64,000 nucleotides of DNA from sequence record PX880103.1; one strand, 5' to 3'. Position 1 is the first letter of the stretch, and each line of letters starts with the position of its first letter. This stretch comes from a phage. The notes under the pieces were generated by a model. That model had not been told where the DNA came from. It saw nothing but the letters and a program-made list of their open reading frames with translations, and made no database searches. Below, in pieces: positions 59,469 through 64,000 of this stretch. Made by a program: the position numbers and the translations under genes.

Positions 59469-60465
59469 TTCAAGTGTTATCTATCGTGCGATAGTTACTT
59501 CAAAATTTAGAACAGAAAAAATGTTGAATTTTTATAATTCAATTGGAAGTGGTCCGGATAAAAACACTATCTTTATCACATTTGGAAGATCAGAACCGTG
59601 GTCATCAAATGAAAATGAGGTGGGCTTTGCCCCACCTTATCCAACCGATTCTGTATTAGGCGTAACTGACATGTGGACGCATATGATGGGAACAGTAAAA
59701 GTTCTTCCATCAATGCTTGATGCAGTTATTCCTCGTAGAGATTGGGGAGATACTCGACATCCTGACCCATACACATTTAGAATTAATGACATTGTAGTAT
59801 GTAACTCAGCTCCTTACAACGCTACTGAATCCGGCGCAGGCTGGTTAGTATATCGTTGTTTAGACGTTCCTGATACTGGAATGTGCTCAATAGCATCTTT
59901 AACTGATAAGGATGAATGCCTTAAATTAGGCGGAAAATGGACACCTTCTGTTAGATCAATAACTCCTCCTGAAGGTCGAGGAGATGCTGAAGGAACAATT
60001 GAACCCGGAGACGGGTATGTGTGGGAATATCTATTTGAGATTCCGCCTGATGTATCTATAAATAGATGCACGAATGAATATATCGTGGTTCCTTGGCCTG
60101 AGGAATTAAAAGAAGACCCGACTAGATGGGGGTATGAAGATAATCTCACTTGGCAACAAGATGATTTTGGATTAATTTACCGTGTTAAGGCAAATACTAT
60201 CCGTTTTAAAGCATATTTAGATTCAGTTTATTTTCCTGAAGCTGCATTGCCAGGAAATAAAGGATTTAGACAAATATCAATAATCACGAATCCTCTTGAA
60301 GCTAAAGCTCATCCAAATGACCCAAACGTTAAAGCTGAAAAGGATTATTATGACCCGGAAGATTTAATGAGGCATTCGGGTGAAATGATTTATATGGAAA
60401 ATAGGCCACCTATTATTATGGCAATGGATCAAACAGAAGAAATCAATATTCTGTTTACATTTTAA
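59461..60465 (+). CDS. 8: Baseplate wedge protein
   Basis: 334 aa; T4 gp8 length and synteny. Confidence 0.9.
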   Translation: MNDSSVIYRAIVTSKFRTEKMLNFYNSIGSGPDKNTIFITFGRSEPWSSNENEVGFAPPYPTDSVLGVTDMWTHMMGTVKVLPSMLDAVIPRRDWGDTRHPDPYTFRINDIVVCNSAPYNATESGAGWLVYRCLDVPDTGMCSIASLTDKDECLKLGGKWTPSVRSITPPEGRGDAEGTIEPGDGYVWEYLFEIPPDVSINRCTNEYIVVPWPEELKEDPTRWGYEDNLTWQQDDFGLIYRVKANTIRFKAYLDSVYFPEAALPGNKGFRQISIITNPLEAKAHPNDPNVKAEKDYYDPEDLMRHSGEMIYMENRPPIIMAMDQTEEINILFTF

Positions 60466-60470
60466 ATTAA

Positions 60471-60494
60471 GGGAGCCCATGGGCTCCCTTTTTC
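60471..60494 (+). terminator. Rho-independent terminator after gene 8
   Basis: GGGAGCCCAUGGGCUCCC hairpin followed by UUUUU. Confidence 0.6.
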
Positions 60495-60510
60495 TTTATA
60501 AATACTATAA
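60490..60510 (+). promoter_or_regulatory. Late promoter for gene 9
   Basis: TATAAATA at 60497..60504 immediately after the gene 8 terminator. Confidence 0.6.
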
Positions 60511-60528
60511 ACTCATAAGGAAACCGCT

Positions 60529-61395
60529 ATGTTCATTCAAGAACCAAAGAAATTGATTGATACCGGCGAAATTGGTAACGCTTCTACTGGTGATATCTTA
60601 TTCGACGGTGGTAATAAAATTAATAGTGATTTTAACGCAATTTATAATGCGTTTGGCGATCAGCGTAAAATGGCAGTAGCAAATGGCACTGGAGCAGATG
60701 GTCAAATTATCCATGCTACTGGATATTATCAAAAACACTCTATTACAGAGTACGCAACTCCAGTGAAAGTTGGCACTAGACATGATATTGATACCTCTAC
60801 TGTAGGTGTTAAAGTTATCATTGAAAGAGGCGAACTCGGCGATTGTGTTGAATTCATTAACTCTAATGGATCAATATCAGTTACTAATCCTTTGACAATT
60901 CAAGCTATTGATTCAATTAAAGGTGTTTCAGGTAATTTAGTAGTAACTAGCCCATATAGTAAAGTTACTTTACGCTGTATTTCATCTGATAATTCTACGT
61001 CGGTTTGGAATTATTCTATTGAAAGTATGTTTGGACAAAAGGAATCACCAGCTGAAGGTACATGGAATATTTCTACATCCGGATCAGTTGATATTCCACT
61101 ATTTCATCGCACTGAATATAATATGGCTAAATTGCTAGTTACGTGTCAATCGGTAGATGGAAGAAAAATTAAAACAGCAGAAATAAATATTCTTGTGGAT
61201 ACTGTTAATTCAGAGGTAATTTCTTCTGAATATGCTGTCATGCGAGTTGGGAATGAAACCGAAGAAGACGAAATCGCTAATATTGCATTTAGTATTAAAG
61301 AAAATTATGTAACGGCGACTATAAGTTCTTCAACTGTCGGTATGAGAGCAGCAGTTAAAGTTATCGCTACGCAGAAAATCGGGGTGGCTCAATAA
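60529..61395 (+). CDS. 9: Baseplate wedge protein, long tail fiber socket
   Basis: 288 aa; T4 gp9 length and synteny; late promoter upstream. Confidence 0.9.
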   Translation: MFIQEPKKLIDTGEIGNASTGDILFDGGNKINSDFNAIYNAFGDQRKMAVANGTGADGQIIHATGYYQKHSITEYATPVKVGTRHDIDTSTVGVKVIIERGELGDCVEFINSNGSISVTNPLTIQAIDSIKGVSGNLVVTSPYSKVTLRCISSDNSTSVWNYSIESMFGQKESPAEGTWNISTSGSVDIPLFHRTEYNMAKLLVTCQSVDGRKIKTAEINILVDTVNSEVISSEYAVMRVGNETEEDEIANIAFSIKENYVTATISSSTVGMRAAVKVIATQKIGVAQ

Positions 61396-63203
61396 TGAAA
61401 CAAAATATTAATATCGGTAATGTTGTAGATGATGGTACCGGTGACTACCTGCGTAAAGGTGGTATAAAAATAAATGAAAACTTTGATGAGCTTTATTATG
61501 AACTTGGTGATGGTGATGTTCCATATTCAGCCGGTGCCTGGAAAACTTATAATGCTTCATCAGGACAAACATTAACAGCAGAATGGGGAAAATCATACGC
61601 TATTAATACATCTTCTGGAAGAGTGACTATAAATCTTCCAAAGGGTACAGTTAATGATTACAACAAGGTAATTAGAGCCAGAGACGTATTTGCTACATGG
61701 AACGTTAATCCAGTTACACTAGTAGCTGCTTCCGGCGATACGATTAAAGGGTCTGCAGTACCAGTTGAAATTAATGTTCAATTCAGCGATTTAGAACTAG
61801 TGTATTGTGCCCCAGGACGTTGGGAATATGTCAAAAATAAACAAATTGACAAAATTACCAGTTCAGACATTAGTAATGTAGCTCGTAAAGAATTTTTAGT
61901 TGAAGTTCAAGGACAAACGGACTTTTTAGATGTTTTCCGTGGAACTAGTTATAATGTAAACAACATCAGAGTAAAACACCGCGGTAACGAATTGTATTAC
62001 GGTGATGTATTTAGCGAAAACAGCGATTTTGGCTCTCCGGGCGAAAATGAAGGAGAACTAGTTCCTCTTGATGGATTTAATATTCGATTAAGACAGCCTT
62101 GTAATATTGGTGACACTGTTCAAATTGAAACATTTATGGATGGTGTATCACAGTGGAGAAGTTCATATACAAGACGTCAAATTAGATTGTTAGATTCAAA
62201 ATTAACGTCAAAAACTTCTTTAGAAGGAAGCATTTACGTTACTGATTTATCAACAATGAAATCAATTCCATTTTCTGCTTTTGGATTAATTCCAGGAGAA
62301 CCTATTAATCCTAACTCTCTTGAGGTTCGTTTTAACGGGATTTTGCAGGAATTGGCTGGCACAGTTGGAATGCCATTATTTCATTGTGTTGGTGCCGATT
62401 CAGACGATGAAGTAGAATGCTCTGTTTTAGGTGGAACTTGGGAACAATCTCATACCGATTATTCAGTTGAAACTGATGAAAACGGCATACCGGAAATTTT
62501 ACATTTCGATAGAGTATTTGAGCATGGTGACATTATCAATATCACATGGTTTAATAATGATTTGGGTACATTATTAACAAAAGATGAGATTATTGATGAA
62601 ACTGATAATCTTTATGTATCGCAAGGACCGGGAGTAGATATTTCTGGTGATGTAAATTTAACAGACTTCGATAAAATTGGTTGGCCAAATGTAGAAGCAG
62701 TTCAATCTTATCAACGCGAATTTAATGCTGTTTCAAATATCTTTGATACGATTTATCCTATTGGAACTATATATGAAAACGCTGTTAATCCAAACAACCC
62801 TGTTACATATATGGGATTCGGCTCATGGAAATTATTTGGGCAAGGAAAAGTTTTAGTTGGATGGAATGAAGATATTTCGGACCCTAACTTTGCTCTAAAT
62901 AACAACGATTTAGATTCCGGTGGAAATCCTTCGCATACTGCAGGTGGAACAGGTGGTTCTACTTCTGTTACATTGGAAAATGCTAATCTTCCTGCAACTG
63001 AAACAGATGAAGAAGTTCTAATAGTTGATGAAAATGGATCAGTCATTGTTGGTGGATGTCAATACGATCCAGATGAATCCGGTCCAATTTACACTAAATA
63101 CCGTGAAGCTAAAGCATCTACTAACTCTACTCACACTCCGCCAACATCAATAACTAACATTCAACCATATATTACAGTTTATCGTTGGATAAGGATTGCA
63201 TAA
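61395..63203 (+). CDS. 10: Baseplate wedge protein
   Basis: 602 aa; T4 gp10 length and synteny. Confidence 0.9.
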   Translation: MKQNINIGNVVDDGTGDYLRKGGIKINENFDELYYELGDGDVPYSAGAWKTYNASSGQTLTAEWGKSYAINTSSGRVTINLPKGTVNDYNKVIRARDVFATWNVNPVTLVAASGDTIKGSAVPVEINVQFSDLELVYCAPGRWEYVKNKQIDKITSSDISNVARKEFLVEVQGQTDFLDVFRGTSYNVNNIRVKHRGNELYYGDVFSENSDFGSPGENEGELVPLDGFNIRLRQPCNIGDTVQIETFMDGVSQWRSSYTRRQIRLLDSKLTSKTSLEGSIYVTDLSTMKSIPFSAFGLIPGEPINPNSLEVRFNGILQELAGTVGMPLFHCVGADSDDEVECSVLGGTWEQSHTDYSVETDENGIPEILHFDRVFEHGDIINITWFNNDLGTLLTKDEIIDETDNLYVSQGPGVDISGDVNLTDFDKIGWPNVEAVQSYQREFNAVSNIFDTIYPIGTIYENAVNPNNPVTYMGFGSWKLFGQGKVLVGWNEDISDPNFALNNNDLDSGGNPSHTAGGTGGSTSVTLENANLPATETDEEVLIVDENGSVIVGGCQYDPDESGPIYTKYREAKASTNSTHTPPTSITNIQPYITVYRWIRIA

Positions 63204-63862
63204 TGAGTTTACTTAATAATAAAGCGGGAGTTATTTCCCGCTTAGCCGATTTTCTTGGTTTTAGACCTAAAGCTGGTAATATAGATGTAATGAATCATCA
63301 ATCAGTTGGGTCAGTGACAATTTCTCAATTAGCGAAAGGATTTTATGAACCAAACGTAGAATCAGCTATTAATGACGTTCATAATTTTTCTATAAAAGAC
63401 GTTGGTACAATTATTACTAATAAAACTGGTGTTTCTCCTGAGGGTGTTTCTCAAACTGATTATTGGGCATTTTCTGGAACTGTAACAGACGATTCTCTTC
63501 CTCCGGGTTCTCCTGTTACGGTATTAGTATTTGGTCTTCCAGTTTCAGCAACTACTGGAATGACGGCAATTGAGTTTGTTGCAAAAGTTCGTGTTGCCCT
63601 TCAAGAAGCTATTGCGTCATTTACTGCTATCAACTCATATAAAGACCATCCAACAGATGGTAGTAAATTAGAAGTTACTTATTTAGATAATCAAAAACAT
63701 GTATTAAGCACATATTCTACATATGGAATAACTATTTCGCAGGAAATTATTTCTGAGTCTAAACCTGGCTACGGTACATGGAATTTATTGGGCGCACAAA
63801 CAGTAACTTTAGATAATCAGCAGACTCCTACAGTATTTTATCATTTTGAGAGAATAGCATGA
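63203..63862 (+). CDS. 11: Baseplate wedge protein, short tail fiber attachment
   Basis: 219 aa from [21 protein letters not shown]4 gp11 N-terminus as remembered. Confidence 0.9.
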   Translation: MSLLNNKAGVISRLADFLGFRPKAGNIDVMNHQSVGSVTISQLAKGFYEPNVESAINDVHNFSIKDVGTIITNKTGVSPEGVSQTDYWAFSGTVTDDSLPPGSPVTVLVFGLPVSATTGMTAIEFVAKVRVALQEAIASFTAINSYKDHPTDGSKLEVTYLDNQKHVLSTYSTYGITISQEIISESKPGYGTWNLLGAQTVTLDNQQTPTVFYHFERIA

Positions 63863-64000
63863 GTAATAATACATATCAACACGTTTCTAATGAATCTCGT
63901 TATGTAAAATTTGATCCTACCGATACGAATTTTCCACCAGAGATTACTGATGTTCAGGCTGCTATAGCAGCCATTTCTCCTGCTGGCGTAAATGGAGTTC
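63859..64000 (+). CDS. 12: Short tail fiber protein, 5' part (runs off window end)
   Basis: [47 protein letters not shown] matches T4 gp12 N-terminus as remembered; ATG overlaps gene 11 stop. Confidence 0.85.
   Translation, partial: MSNNTYQHVSNESRYVKFDPTDTNFPPEITDVQAAIAAISPAGVNGV

Noticed and set aside
52083-63046. Minus-strand ORFs inside late genes 5 to 10 (52083..52292, 54098..54316, 54103..54297, 55899..56096, 58198..58557, 59170..59370, 59814..60149, 60598..60783, 61408..61596, 62753..63046)
   Set aside because: Antisense to long, conserved structural genes; no promoter or SD context.

Overview
This window reads as a T4-like (T-even) phage genome segment, colinear with the T4 map from gene 42 through the early and middle genes to the late baseplate genes 53 to 12. 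Bases 1 to 51210 are almost entirely minus-strand genes; 51258 to 64000 are plus-strand late genes. All calls rest on reading the sequence and ORF track against remembered T4 proteins and motifs; no database search was run. Promoter and hairpin coordinates are approximate to a few bases.

Recognisable content:
- Replication and recombination: DNA polymerase 43, regA, clamp loader 62/44, clamp 45, rpbA, 46/47, endonuclease VII.
- Nucleotide metabolism: dCMP hydroxymethylase 42, nrdH, nrdG, nrdD, nrdC, tk.
- Late transcription and lysis: sigma factor 55, rI, lysozyme e, nudE.
- Structural: 57B/57A, genes 1, 3, 2, 4, 53, 5, 5.4, 6 to 12, plus internal-protein genes carrying the MKTY(Q/K)EF capsid-targeting leader.
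- RNA genes: eight tRNAs in two sub-clusters (Leu, Gly, Pro, Ser and CAU, Tyr, Asn, Arg), followed by a structured non-coding region.
- Signals: eleven copies of an early-promoter consensus, late TATAAATA promoters, a MotA-box middle promoter, and many UUCG-tetraloop hairpins.

Three things point to a T2/T6-like relative rather than T4 itself: alpha-gt is paired with a DxD-type glycosyltransferase at the beta-gt locus, denV is missing (a short remnant may remain), and nrdD has no intron.

The least explained part is the 11 kb accessory block between nrdC and rI (21.7 to 32.7 kb). It holds four tandem paralogs with C-terminal coiled coils, a P-loop ATPase next to a Pol-beta-fold nucleotidyltransferase and a small membrane protein, and a further duplicated gene pair. 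I could not tie this block to a described function; it is the best candidate here for an undescribed system, but T4 carries uncharacterised ORFs of similar size at this locus, so novelty is unproven. Three HNH-type homing endonuclease ORFs are also present.
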